From NCBI GenBank assembly GCA_050179015.1, contig JBFXFN010000004.1, forward strand, positions 1,800-65,799: 64,000 bases of DNA, read 5' to 3'. This DNA comes from Candidatus Methylacidiphilaceae bacterium. Its GTDB lineage: Bacteria > Verrucomicrobiota > Verrucomicrobiia > Methylacidiphilales > Methylacidiphilaceae. The notes beneath the pieces were generated by a model. It worked only from the letters and a program-made list of their open reading frames with translations. It ran no database searches and was not told the DNA's origin. Position numbers and translations under genes: made by a program. Of this stretch, positions 1 to 9,394 are shown piece by piece (positions within the stretch are counted from its first letter, which is position 1; the number at the start of each line of letters is the position of its first letter).

Positions 1-482
1 TCTCGGTGCTGGTAGCGAACCGGTTTGGGGTGCTGACTCGAATCGCGGGCTTATTCAGCGGGCGTGGATACAACATCGACACGCTCAATGTCGGCCCGAC
101 TCATGATGAGAAGGTTTCGCGGATGACGATCGTCGTAAAGGGGGACGACAAGGTCCTGGACCAAGTAACGAGACAGTTGAACAAGCTGGTGGATGTGATC
201 GCCGTGCAGGATTTTCGCGAAGGGGAATATATCGATCGTCAGCTGATCCTGGTGAAGGTCAGGAGCACCGAACGCTCCCGGGCGGAACTCATGCAGATTT
301 GCGACATATTTCGTGCGAAGATCGTGAACGTGGAGCCAGCGGATTTAACCATTGAGATCACCGGCGACGAGAGCAAGGTAGAGAAGTTCCTCTATCTGAT
401 GACGTCCTTCGGGATTCTTGATATTTCCCGGACGGGCAAGATTGCTCTCCCGCGACAAGGGAAACAGGAGGAGGCTGCTTAG
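1..482 (+). CDS. ilvN: acetolactate synthase small (regulatory) subunit, N-terminus cut by window edge
   Basis: The ORF 6..482 translation (VANRFGVLTRIAGLFSGRGYNIDTLNVGPT...VKGDD...) has an IlvN/IlvH-type ACT domain plus C-terminal domain. The frame is open to nt 1 and a few N-terminal residues seem to be missing. ilvC follows directly. Confidence 0.85.
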   Translation, partial: SVLVANRFGVLTRIAGLFSGRGYNIDTLNVGPTHDEKVSRMTIVVKGDDKVLDQVTRQLNKLVDVIAVQDFREGEYIDRQLILVKVRSTERSRAELMQICDIFRAKIVNVEPADLTIEITGDESKVEKFLYLMTSFGILDISRTGKIALPRQGKQEEAA

Positions 483-489
483 CACTTTT

Positions 490-1542
490 ATGGCTGCTCA
501 GATTTATACGGAAAAAGAGGCGAGTCTCGCCCCATTGCAGGGACGAGTGTTTGGTGTCATCGGCTTCGGATCGCAGGGACATGCACACGCGCTCAACCTG
601 CGCGACTCCGGAGTCGAGGTGATTGTGGGTCTCCCGGAGAAGAGCCGGTCGGTGAGTGCAGCGCAGGAACTCGGTTTCGCGGTCTGCCGAAGCGCAGAGG
701 TGGCAGCGAAAGCGGATGTGCTTTTCTTTGCGACGCCCGATCTCGTGATTCCTGGTTTGTATGCGGCCGAGATCGCCCCGCACCTCCGGCCGGGCCAGAC
801 GCTGGGCTTCGCTCACGGCTTCGCCGTTCATTACCGGACGATCACTCCCCCGGGGAACGTGGATGTCGTCTTGGTTGCTCCCAAGGGACCCGGCCACCTG
901 GTGCGCCGGGAATTTACCCAAGGGAAGGGGGTGCCCGCTCTCGTTGCCGTGGGACAGAACCCTTCCGGGAAAGCGCTATCCACCGCCCTCGCTTGGGCGG
1001 TTGGCATCGGATCGGCGCGGGCCGGAGTGATGGAGACGACCTTCCGGGAGGAGACGGAGACCGATCTCTTTGGAGAGCAGGCGGTCCTCTGCGGGGGGCT
1101 CACTGCCCTGGTGCAGGCGGGCTTTGAAACCCTGGTTCAGGCCGGATACCAGCCGGAAATGGCCTACTTCGAATGTCTTCACGAGCTGAAGCTGATCGTA
1201 GACCTGATGCAGGAAGCGGGAATCTCCGGAATGCGTTTCTCGATCTCGGAAACCGCAAAGTGGGGCGATGTTTCGGTGGGCCCACAGATCATCGACGAGC
1301 ATGTGCGCGAAACGATGCGCAGGGTTCTCGGCCGTATCCAGGACGGGAGCTTCGCGCGGGAATGGATCGCGGAGGCGAGCACCGGCAAGAAGCGTTACCA
1401 AGAGCTTTTGCGGCAGGGAGCGGAGCATCCGATCGAACAGGTGGGCGCACGGATGCGCTCGCTCATGCCGTGGCTGAAGAAGCGGGATGTTTCGGGAGCA
1501 CAGGCGGCTTACGAAGGGGGTGGAGGAAAGCCGGTCGGATGA
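490..1542 (+). CDS. ilvC: ketol-acid reductoisomerase
   Basis: Starting from internal Met25 of ORF 418..1542, the product reads MAAQIYTEKEA...GVIGFGSQGHAHALNLRDSG (class I KARI Rossmann motif). The upstream part of the ORF overlaps ilvN in another frame. Confidence 0.93.
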   Translation: MAAQIYTEKEASLAPLQGRVFGVIGFGSQGHAHALNLRDSGVEVIVGLPEKSRSVSAAQELGFAVCRSAEVAAKADVLFFATPDLVIPGLYAAEIAPHLRPGQTLGFAHGFAVHYRTITPPGNVDVVLVAPKGPGHLVRREFTQGKGVPALVAVGQNPSGKALSTALAWAVGIGSARAGVMETTFREETETDLFGEQAVLCGGLTALVQAGFETLVQAGYQPEMAYFECLHELKLIVDLMQEAGISGMRFSISETAKWGDVSVGPQIIDEHVRETMRRVLGRIQDGSFAREWIAEASTGKKRYQELLRQGAEHPIEQVGARMRSLMPWLKKRDVSGAQAAYEGGGGKPVG

Positions 1543-3152
1543 AATCCTCAAATCGAGTCGTTGTCTTCGATACGACGTTGCGGGATGGAGAGCAGTGTCC
1601 GGGGGCGAGCATGACGTCCCGGCAAAAGCTTGAAGTCGCTCGCCAGTTGGCGCGGCTGGGCGTCGACGTGATCGAGGCGGGATTCCCGGTAATCAGCCAA
1701 GGAGACTTCACCTCGGTCCGGGAAATCGCCGAGCAGATCGAAGGCCCAAAGATCTGTGGGCTGGCGCGCTGCATTCCCGCAGACATCGACGCGGCGGGAG
1801 AAGCGCTGCGGCCGGCTGGGAAGCGCGGTCGCATTCATGTTTTCTTGGCGACCTCGATCATCCATCGAGAGTACAAGCTTGCGAAGAGCCAAGAGGAGAT
1901 CGTTCGCATCGCAATCGAGTCGATCCGTCGCGCTCGTGGTTTTGTGGAGGATGTAGAATTTTCCCCGGAGGACGCGACGCGAACGGAGCCCGAATTTCTG
2001 CTGCGGATCGTGGCGGAGGCCATCGCCGCAGGAGCGACGACGATCAATATTCCCGATACGGTGGGGTACACTACCCCTGGCGAGTTTGCGGAGCGGATGC
2101 GATTGCTCCTGGAAGGGGTTCCCAACATCGGGTCGGCTGTATTGAGCGTCCATTGCCACAACGATCTCGGCTTAGCGGTCGCCAATTCGCTTGCCGCGAT
2201 CCAAGCCGGGGCGCGGCAAGTGGAGGGCACGATCAACGGGATCGGAGAACGAGCGGGCAATGCCGCGCTCGAGGAGATCGTGATGGCACTGAACACGCGC
2301 CGCGACGTTTTCGGCGGGCTCGAAACGGGTATTCAAACCAAGGAGATCGTTCGAACCAGCCGATTGGTCTCTCGCATGTCGGGTCTCCACGTCCAACGAA
2401 ACAAGGCGGTGGTCGGAGAAAATGCGTTTGCCCACAGCGCCGGTATCCACCAAGACGGCGTACTCAAAAAGCGAGAGACTTACGAGATCATGGATCCGAC
2501 CGCGATCGGGTGGGGCGAGACCGAGCTCCCGCTTACCAAGCATAGCGGGAGAGCCGCCTTGGAAAAGAGGCTTGTTGCTCTTGGGTTTGGGTTGAGCCGG
2601 GAAGAAATCGCCGCGATCTTCGGGAAATTTAAGGAGATTGGAGACAAGAAGAAGTTTGTCTACGACGATGATCTGGTGGCTCTTGCCGAAGGACAGATCA
2701 CGCGGATCCAGGAGACATTTGAACTCGTCTATTGGAGCGTATCGACGGCATTTCACGGGGTCCCTACGGCAACCGTCCGCCTGCGCAAGGGAGATGAAGT
2801 CTTGACGGACGCTGGAGTCGGAGGCGGCTCGGTCGACGCGGCGATGAAAGCGATCGATCGGATCACCGGGCGGCGTGGGCACTTAGTCGAGTATAGCGTG
2901 GAGGCCGTTACCGAAGGGAAAGATGCTATTGGCGAAGTGACGGTGCGGGTCGATTTTGGCGACGGTCGGCTTGTCACGGGAAAAGCCGCCTCAACCGATG
3001 TCGTGGAGGCGAGTGTCCGGGCCTACCTCAACGCGATCAACCGCTCTCTCCTCATCCGGACGGATGAGGTTTCGCTGAAGGAAGGGCCCTCTTCCGTAAA
3101 GAAAAACGAGATCGATCAGGAGAGAACGGTGCCGGCATCGGCCTCATCCTAG
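1539..3152 (+). CDS. leuA: 2-isopropylmalate synthase
   Basis: Starting from Met123 of ORF 1173..3152, the product reads MKSSNRVVVFDTTLRDGEQ..., with HCHNDLGLAVAN and a C-terminal LeuA dimerisation/regulatory domain. Its ATG overlaps the ilvC stop (ATGA). Confidence 0.93.
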   Translation: MKSSNRVVVFDTTLRDGEQCPGASMTSRQKLEVARQLARLGVDVIEAGFPVISQGDFTSVREIAEQIEGPKICGLARCIPADIDAAGEALRPAGKRGRIHVFLATSIIHREYKLAKSQEEIVRIAIESIRRARGFVEDVEFSPEDATRTEPEFLLRIVAEAIAAGATTINIPDTVGYTTPGEFAERMRLLLEGVPNIGSAVLSVHCHNDLGLAVANSLAAIQAGARQVEGTINGIGERAGNAALEEIVMALNTRRDVFGGLETGIQTKEIVRTSRLVSRMSGLHVQRNKAVVGENAFAHSAGIHQDGVLKKRETYEIMDPTAIGWGETELPLTKHSGRAALEKRLVALGFGLSREEIAAIFGKFKEIGDKKKFVYDDDLVALAEGQITRIQETFELVYWSVSTAFHGVPTATVRLRKGDEVLTDAGVGGGSVDAAMKAIDRITGRRGHLVEYSVEAVTEGKDAIGEVTVRVDFGDGRLVTGKAASTDVVEASVRAYLNAINRSLLIRTDEVSLKEGPSSVKKNEIDQERTVPASASS

Positions 3153-3171
3153 CCGGCGGCATGCCGGCTAG
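3149..3171. terminator. GC-rich perfect hairpin between convergent leuA and mop genes (possible bidirectional terminator)
   Basis: The sequence ctagccggc-ggcat-gccggctag forms a 9-bp perfect stem with a 5-nt loop and begins in the leuA stop codon. No clear U-tract follows, so its function is uncertain. Confidence 0.35.
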
Positions 3172-3231
3172 CTCGCGTGCAGGTCGAAAACGATTCGGCA
3201 ATCTGCGGAGAGCTTTTCCCATTTCCCTTCT

Positions 3232-3660
3232 TCACGGGGTGAGGGCGAGAAGCACGCTCGAGGGACTAAAAGCGGCGCAGACTCTCTTGCCGATCTGGAG
3301 ATTAAGCTCCTTCGCCGACTCGTTGGTAACGATCGCGACGATGGGGAGACCCTTTCCGATCTGGAGGAGGACCTCGGTGTTAATCGTGCCGGCGCGGAGC
3401 TCCGACACGGCTCCGCAAAAGTGGTTCCGGGTGCTTAGACGCACGGGAGAATTCTCGACAAGCAAGATTACTTGGGATGCCTTTACCAGGGCTTGAACCC
3501 TGGAGCCCACCGAGAGACCTAAATCGCCTAAGCTTGCGAAGGCGATATGGGAAACCAGCGAAGTCTCTTCGTCAACCTCGATCTCCAGTTCCGCGAGAAT
3601 TGGACCTTTTTTAATGACGACGATCTTTCCGGGGAAGGAATTGCGAGCGCTGGCCTGCAT
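3232..3660 (-). CDS. tandem TOBE/Mop domain molybdate-binding protein (ModG/Mop-like)
   Basis: The 142-aa product has two repeats, each opening with S(A/T)RN (SARNSFPGKIV..., STRNHFCGAVS...). This is typical of Mop/TOBE domains. Confidence 0.75.
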   Translation of the reverse strand: MQASARNSFPGKIVVIKKGPILAELEIEVDEETSLVSHIAFASLGDLGLSVGSRVQALVKASQVILLVENSPVRLSTRNHFCGAVSELRAGTINTEVLLQIGKGLPIVAIVTNESAKELNLQIGKRVCAAFSPSSVLLALTP

Positions 3661-3778
3661 GGTTACGAGACGCTAGGAGGCTTCCCGGAAGAAGGGAAGA
3701 AAAAACCCGCTGTGCTCTCTGCAAAGATTCGAATGCCAATGCTTGCCCCGTTCGCCGATGAGCCTCAGGATCACGCGC

Positions 3779-4756
3779 ATGCGCGCAATTGTGGTCAAGG
3801 GTTACGGGGGACCGGAAGTCTTGTCATGGGAAGATTGGGAAGAGCCGCACCCCGCTCCGGGCGAGCTTCTCGTGTCTGTGAAGGCGGCCGGGGTCAATCC
3901 CGTCGACGTCTATCTTCGGTCGGGTGGACATCAGAGATCCGCCTTGCCGTTCGTGCCGGGATTTGACGGTTCCGGCATTGTCGAGGAGATCGGAGAGGGC
4001 GTCCATGCCTTTGGTCCAGGGGACCGAGTCTATTTTTCCTTATGGGAGAAAACCGGCGCCTATGCCGAGCGGGTCGTCTGCCGTAGCGGAGAGGTGGAGG
4101 CCCTTCCGGAACCATTGGATTTCGTTCAAGGGGCTGCCATCGGAATTCCCTGTGCTACCGCCTATCGAGCTCTCTTCCTGCGCGCACAGGCGGCGCCGGG
4201 CGACATCGTCCTCATCCATGGGGCAAGCGGGAGCGTGGGACTGGCCGCCGTCCAGCTCGCACGAGCTGCTGGCCTGATTGTCATCGGGACCGCCGGCGGC
4301 GAAGAGGGTAGGAAACGAATTGCGAAGGAAGGCGCGCACCATGCTTTGGATCATCGCTCGCCCGGCCATTTCCGCCAGATCCTGGAGATCACGCGAGGGA
4401 GAGGAGCGGACATCGTGTTGGAAATGTTGGCGAATGCCAACCTAGGGAAGGACTTTGACGTTACGGCCTCCGGCGGAAAGGTCATTGTCATCGGATCCCG
4501 GGGACTGGTGGAAATCGATCCGCGGGGTCTGATTGCCCGAGATGTTTCTGTCTTGGGCATGTCGCTTTTCTGTGCCTCGCCGAAAGAACGACAAATCATC
4601 GCGGCCGCAGTGAGGGCGCATTTAGCAAAAGGGCTACTGCGGCCCGTCATTCGAGCTGTTCTGCCGATGTCGGCAGCAGCCCAAGCGCAACGGCTGATAA
4701 TGGAACCCGGGGTTTCCGGAAAAATCGTCCTAGTCCCGGGTCCCACCAGGGATTGA
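3779..4756 (+). CDS. qor: NADPH:quinone oxidoreductase / zeta-crystallin family medium-chain dehydrogenase
   Basis: Starting from Met13 of ORF 3743..4756, the product reads MRAIVVKGYGGPEVL...GVNPVD...IHGASGSVGLAAVQLA. This is MDR family without the zinc ligand pattern. The specific substrate is unknown. Confidence 0.8.
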   Translation: MRAIVVKGYGGPEVLSWEDWEEPHPAPGELLVSVKAAGVNPVDVYLRSGGHQRSALPFVPGFDGSGIVEEIGEGVHAFGPGDRVYFSLWEKTGAYAERVVCRSGEVEALPEPLDFVQGAAIGIPCATAYRALFLRAQAAPGDIVLIHGASGSVGLAAVQLARAAGLIVIGTAGGEEGRKRIAKEGAHHALDHRSPGHFRQILEITRGRGADIVLEMLANANLGKDFDVTASGGKVIVIGSRGLVEIDPRGLIARDVSVLGMSLFCASPKERQIIAAAVRAHLAKGLLRPVIRAVLPMSAAAQAQRLIMEPGVSGKIVLVPGPTRD

Positions 4757-4768
4757 CTGGGAGAAGAA

Positions 4769-5692
4769 CTACCGTCGCTCCTGCAACGCGTTTTCCGGAA
4801 GACGCTGCAAGGCGGCGATCCTCTCTTCGAGCGGAGGATGGGTTGCCAAGAGGGAGAGAAGACCTCCCGTCTTGCCATTGATTTTGAAGGCGCTGAGGCT
4901 GGCCGAACGCTCGTCGACGACCGGCGCGCCCTCTGCGAGAGATTGAAGTTCGCGAAGTGCCGAGATCATGGCGTCTCTGCCCGCAATGCGGGCACTCCCC
5001 GCGTCGGCTCGAAACTCTCTCTGCCGCGAAAACCAGGCAACGATAAAAGAGGCGAGGAGACCCAAGACAATCTCGGAAAGAAACATGCCGATGAAGAATC
5101 CCAGTCCTACCCCGCGGCGCTCTTCCTGCCCTCGATTAAGAAAGCTGTCGATGGCGACACCGATGATCCGCGAGAAGAACACCACGAAGGTATTCAGAAC
5201 CCCTTGGAGCAGAGTCATGGTGACCATATCCCCATTCGAGACGTGGGTGATTTCATGGCCAAGCACGCCCTCTACCTCGCGGCGATCCATCTGGGAGAGC
5301 AAGCCGGTGCTCACCGCTACCAGCGCATTGGAACGAGATGGCCCAGTTGCAAACGCATTGACCTCCGGACTCTGGTAGATGCCTACCTCCGGCATCGCGA
5401 TCCGGGCGCGCGCCGCGAGTGATCGCACCGTGTTCACTAGCCACTCCTCCCCTTCGGTCTGCGGCGAATCGATGACCTGTATGTTATAGGCCATCTTAGC
5501 CATCCACTTCGACATGGCCAACGAGATGAAGCTTCCCGTAAACCCGACGACCAGCGAGAAGACTAGGAGAAGCGGATAATTGATTCCGGCTGCGGTGAGC
5601 CAGCGATCCAGATGTAAAAGGGAAATGACGGCGGTCAGCAGCACCAAGACTGCGACGTTGGTGGCCGTCCAAAGCAGAATGCGCTTGATCAT
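4769..5692 (-). CDS. htpX: M48 family membrane zinc protease HtpX
   Basis: The product has the HEITHVSNGD zinc motif and four hydrophobic segments. The N-terminus MIKRILLWTATNVAV matches the usual HtpX start, so I chose Met10 of ORF 4769..5719. Confidence 0.88.
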   Translation of the reverse strand: MIKRILLWTATNVAVLVLLTAVISLLHLDRWLTAAGINYPLLLVFSLVVGFTGSFISLAMSKWMAKMAYNIQVIDSPQTEGEEWLVNTVRSLAARARIAMPEVGIYQSPEVNAFATGPSRSNALVAVSTGLLSQMDRREVEGVLGHEITHVSNGDMVTMTLLQGVLNTFVVFFSRIIGVAIDSFLNRGQEERRGVGLGFFIGMFLSEIVLGLLASFIVAWFSRQREFRADAGSARIAGRDAMISALRELQSLAEGAPVVDERSASLSAFKINGKTGGLLSLLATHPPLEERIAALQRLPENALQERR

Positions 5693-5733
5693 GTGCAGTA
5701 GTATAATCGCGAAGGGCAAGAAAGCAAGACGTC

Positions 5734-7032
5734 CTAGCCTTCCGGCTCCGGAACGGTCCGACCGGCGAGGAATGTTGCGATATCCTTGCGGAACTGCATC
5801 CCGGGGACGGAGACCGCGTTCACCTCCTCGTAGGCGCGCTCTCTGGCCTCAGCCAGGCGATCGCCCCAGCCGACCGCCGTGAAGAGTCTGCCTCCGGCCG
5901 TCCGCAGAATACCTTGGGTACGCTTCGTAGCTCCGTGAAAGAGAAAGCCTTGCCCTCCCGAAGCGGGGGTTTCGGATCGGGAAAGGGTAATCGGGTCATC
6001 CAGATGTGGGTTTTCGGGATAGCCGGACGACGCGATCACGACCCCGACGACGGAGCGATGATGCCGGAGAAGATGGAGTTCTCCCAGCTCGTCTAGGCAG
6101 ACGGCTCGGGCAATCTCGCTCAATGGCGTTTGCAGAGTGGGGAGGAGCACTTGAGCCTCGGGATCTCCAAAGCGGACATTGATCTCCAAGAGGAAAGGAC
6201 CGTTCTGTGTGGCCATAAGCCCGGCGTAAAGGACGCCGCGATAGTCGAGATGCTCCGCGACGCATGCGGCGTGCAGCGGAGAGAAGATCAATTCGTCGAT
6301 CTGTCGTAATAGGGACGGAGAGACGAAGGGGCTGGGAAAAAAGGCGCCCATGCCGCCCGTGTTCGGCCCGCGGTCGCCATCGCTCACCCGTTTGTAGTCG
6401 TGAGCGATGCCCAATAGGGAGTACTGCTTCCTATCAAAAAGGGCGAAAGCTGAAAGCTCGATCCCTTCCAGAAAGGCTTCGATCAAGATCCGCCGACCAG
6501 CCGATCCGTGAATCCTTTCCTCCATGAGCGACGCGATCGCTTTGCGGGCTTGAGAAAAATCTGTTGCGATGAAGACGCCCTTACCCGAAGCCAGGCCGTC
6601 CGCTTTGATCACTTGGGGAAAGGAAAACCCCCGGCTGAAGGCGAGGGCTTCCAGTGGATCTTCGAAAGAACGCGCTTCCGCCGTGGGAATGCCGTAGCGC
6701 TGCGCGAGCTCCTTTGTCCATACCTTGCTGCCTTCGAGCAGCGCCGCTCGTCGGGGCGGACCGAAAACAGAAAGACCGTGGCGACCAAATGCGTCGACGA
6801 TGCCGGCACAGAGGGGGGCTTCGGGTCCGACGATGGTCAAATCCGGCTTCAACTCTTGTGCGTGTCGAGTCAGAGAGACGATGTCGTGAGCGGCGACCGG
6901 TAGATTTTCGGCAAGTGACGCCGTTCCAGCGTTGCCGGGAGCCGCGTAAAGTTTTTCGACGGCTGAATCTTGCCGGAGGGACCAACAAAGGGCGTGTTCG
7001 CGGGCCCCCCCGCCCACGACCAGCACTTTCAT
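5734..7032 (-). CDS. purD: phosphoribosylamine--glycine ligase
   Basis: The 432-aa product starts MKVLVVGGGAREHAL and has ATP-grasp GARS architecture. Its ATG overlaps the stop of the upstream gene (ATGA). Confidence 0.93.
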   Translation of the reverse strand: MKVLVVGGGAREHALCWSLRQDSAVEKLYAAPGNAGTASLAENLPVAAHDIVSLTRHAQELKPDLTIVGPEAPLCAGIVDAFGRHGLSVFGPPRRAALLEGSKVWTKELAQRYGIPTAEARSFEDPLEALAFSRGFSFPQVIKADGLASGKGVFIATDFSQARKAIASLMEERIHGSAGRRILIEAFLEGIELSAFALFDRKQYSLLGIAHDYKRVSDGDRGPNTGGMGAFFPSPFVSPSLLRQIDELIFSPLHAACVAEHLDYRGVLYAGLMATQNGPFLLEINVRFGDPEAQVLLPTLQTPLSEIARAVCLDELGELHLLRHHRSVVGVVIASSGYPENPHLDDPITLSRSETPASGGQGFLFHGATKRTQGILRTAGGRLFTAVGWGDRLAEARERAYEEVNAVSVPGMQFRKDIATFLAGRTVPEPEG

Positions 7033-7841
7033 GGAGCACCTCGGAATGCGTAGATCATGGGAGAGGGAGGGAGCTCCGGTGCGGAAAGAGAAAACTCCGA
7101 ACCGTCGATCCAGCGAATATTGGGCCGGTTGTCCAGATAGCTTGCCAGCGGGCGCAACTCCAGGTCGCCGCTCAATTCGGTTCGATAGGCGATGGGAACA
7201 ATCACTCGCGCGGCCAGATCCGCAGCGATTTTGTCGAGTTCGGAGAGCATCAGGGTATCTCGGCCGACAGGAAGGAAGAGAACGTCCACCTTTCCGAACT
7301 CGGCCAGCAATTCCGGATTCAAGGGATGACCCAGGTCGCCCAAGTGGGCAAAGCGTATTCCGTCGAGTTCGAAGGTAAAAGCGGTATTGTGGCCGTGAAT
7401 CGCGCCTTGCGACTTGTCTCGAAAGGTCAAGATGCCGCGGAAGAGAAGCCCTCGGGCGTTATTCGTGCCAAGAGCCGCTATACTGCGAAAGATCTGAGGC
7501 GATCCCTGGATGCGTTCGCCTGCAGACCGATCGTTCGCCTCGTTGCTGATCAATACGACATCGGCCTGGAGAGACCCAGGGAAGCGATAGTGAACCGCCT
7601 CGTCTCCGAAAGGATCGATCGCGATCCGAATGCCCGAAGAGGCGATGAGATAGATAAAAGCGTGTCCATACCAGCGGACTAGGACGCTTGGAGCCGCCGC
7701 GCATCCAAGCGGCGCAAGGAGGAGGAGGAGCGCCTGGGCGAATAACAGGAGCAATGCATCGCGCGTGCACTTCCATCGGCGAAAAGTTCTCCTGTGGAAG
7801 GAGAGATCGTCGTCCCTCCCCAACCATCGGTTTTGTGGCAT
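7029..7841 (-). CDS. secreted MBL-fold (Lactamase_B_2/3-like) protein with degenerate metal motif
   Basis: The product has an N-terminal signal-like segment ([22 protein letters not shown]) and MBL-like blocks (WYGHAFIYL, AHLGDLGH). The place of HxHxDH reads LISNEANDRS. Confidence 0.6.
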   Translation of the reverse strand: MPQNRWLGRDDDLSFHRRTFRRWKCTRDALLLLFAQALLLLLAPLGCAAAPSVLVRWYGHAFIYLIASSGIRIAIDPFGDEAVHYRFPGSLQADVVLISNEANDRSAGERIQGSPQIFRSIAALGTNNARGLLFRGILTFRDKSQGAIHGHNTAFTFELDGIRFAHLGDLGHPLNPELLAEFGKVDVLFLPVGRDTLMLSELDKIAADLAARVIVPIAYRTELSGDLELRPLASYLDNRPNIRWIDGSEFSLSAPELPPSPMIYAFRGAP

Positions 7842-7852
7842 AATCGTTAAAC

Positions 7853-7926
7853 CGGAGCCAACGGGTCTCGAACCCGCAACCTCTGCCGTGACAGGGCAGC
7901 GCTCTAACCAATTGAGCTATGGCTCC
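7853..7926 (-). tRNA. tRNA-Asp (anticodon GUC)
   Basis: The reverse complement GGAGCCATAGCTCAATTGGTTAGAGCGCTGCCCTGTCACGGCAGAGGTTGCGGGTTCGAGACCCGTTGGCTCCG folds as a cloverleaf. The anticodon loop is CTGTCAC, a T-loop GGTTCGAG is present, and no CCA is encoded. Confidence 0.9.
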
Positions 7927-8166
7927 CTGGTTTGTTCGACGCATCCCTCTTCCGAAAGGAAGAGAAGCGAGTTTCGTAGGGATTCCAACCCCATGGAAGA
8001 AAGGACACCCTATTCATAATTCATGGGAGTGACAATGCAAATCCGTCTGACCTTTGCGGCAACATGGTTGGTTGGAGGGGCTACCTATGACAAAATCAAA
8101 TCTCGGAATCGGAAACCTGCGCTTCGGGGGAGAAGCCTTTCTGCGTTTCTCCTCGGCTAGATTCGG

Positions 8167-9033
8167 TCAAAAGACGCGCGGTACCCCTTCGTGCAAAAAG
8201 TGGACTTGCGAAAGGATGCCTGCCCGTCTTGCGGCAACGAGTAGCCGATGAGCAGGCTCATGAAGGGGTTCGTAGCTCATTCTGTACGTTCCAAAGTGCA
8301 TGGGTATGAGAATCTTGCCATGCACGTCCAAGAAAGCTTGAACGGCTTTCTCCGGAGTGATGTGGGACACTCGCCTGGAAACCTGATCATAGGAGCCGAT
8401 CGGCATTAGGACGATTTGCGGCTGAAGCCGCTTCCCGATCTCCGGGAACTCCCTGAAATAGGCAGTGTCGCCACAATGATAGATCGTGCGAGAGCCATAG
8501 GCGAGCGAATAGCCTCCGTAGCCCCGATTGCGATCCGCGAGATAGCGCGCCCCCCAATGGTGCGCAGGAGTGAACGTGATCGACAGCCCTTGGAAGTCCC
8601 AACGATCCCACCAGGCCATCTCTCGGATCTGTTCAAAACCTAAGTCGCGGACGAGACCGCTCACCCCGGAGGGAACGATTACGGGCTGGCGGGCGGCAAT
8701 TTCCCGGAGGGAACGTCGATTCAGGTGATCGAAATGAGCGTGGGTGATGAGCACCAAATCGATGTTCGGCAGGTCTCGGATGGCAAAACCCGCCCGTTTG
8801 AGCCTGCGGATCACAAGCATCCAATTGGCCCAGTTTGGATCGATCAGGACATTGTGCCGTGGAGTTTGAATCAGAAAAGAGGCATGGCCTACCCATGTCA
8901 GGCAGACTTGACCTTCGGACAGAGTGGGAAAAGTCGGAGAAAGCCTAACGCCTCCGCGACGCATAAAGAGCGAAGGCAGCAAGACATCCAAGAGGAAATT
9001 GCGCCGGCTCCTCCTAGCCTGCATTTCTCCCAA
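8167..9033 (-). CDS. MBL-fold metallo-hydrolase
   Basis: The 288-aa product has an intact LVLITHAHFDHL motif and downstream His/Asp ligand blocks (HCGDTAY, PMHFGT). Confidence 0.8.
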   Translation of the reverse strand: MGEMQARRSRRNFLLDVLLPSLFMRRGGVRLSPTFPTLSEGQVCLTWVGHASFLIQTPRHNVLIDPNWANWMLVIRRLKRAGFAIRDLPNIDLVLITHAHFDHLNRRSLREIAARQPVIVPSGVSGLVRDLGFEQIREMAWWDRWDFQGLSITFTPAHHWGARYLADRNRGYGGYSLAYGSRTIYHCGDTAYFREFPEIGKRLQPQIVLMPIGSYDQVSRRVSHITPEKAVQAFLDVHGKILIPMHFGTYRMSYEPLHEPAHRLLVAARRAGILSQVHFLHEGVPRVF

Positions 9034-9081
9034 AGTTTCTCCTACGGATGGAGCTGCGCACCGTGTCGATGGCTCGCTTGA

Positions 9082-9369
9082 CTATCTTCGGCGGCCTCCG
9101 CGTCGGAATCTTTGGGTGCTACGAGGGGGACGCCGGTCCTGAGAAGGGCGATCCAGGCGGTAGAGAATCCGAGCCTTGGTGAGGTCATGCGGAGACATTT
9201 CCAGCTTGACGCGATCGCCGCAGGTCAGGCGCACGAAGTGCTTCCGCATTTTCCCGGAGATATGTGCCAGCACCTGATGCTGGCTTTCGTCCAGTTCAAC
9301 CCGGAACATCGTGCCGGGCAGGATAGTGACGATGGTGCCTTCAACCTCGATCGTGTTCGGTGTGGTCAT
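9082..9369 (-). CDS. infA: translation initiation factor IF-1 with C-terminal Arg-rich extension
   Basis: [66 protein letters not shown] aligns with the IF-1 S1-like fold. An extra tail, [23 protein letters not shown], follows. Confidence 0.9.
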   Translation of the reverse strand: MTTPNTIEVEGTIVTILPGTMFRVELDESQHQVLAHISGKMRKHFVRLTCGDRVKLEMSPHDLTKARILYRLDRPSQDRRPPRSTQRFRRGGRRR

Positions 9370-9394
9370 TTCGGAAGCAAGCAGGAGAGGGCCT

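Noticed and set aside
7927-8166. A lower-GC 240-nt region next to tRNA-Asp, with a ctcttcc-gaaa-ggaagag hairpin and a small ORF (8054..8251). I considered it as a possible integration scar or ncRNA.
   Set aside because: There is no integrase, direct repeat of the tRNA 3' end, or mobile gene nearby. The hairpin lacks a U-tract. The ORF overlaps the MBL gene end and looks random. There is not enough evidence to call anything.
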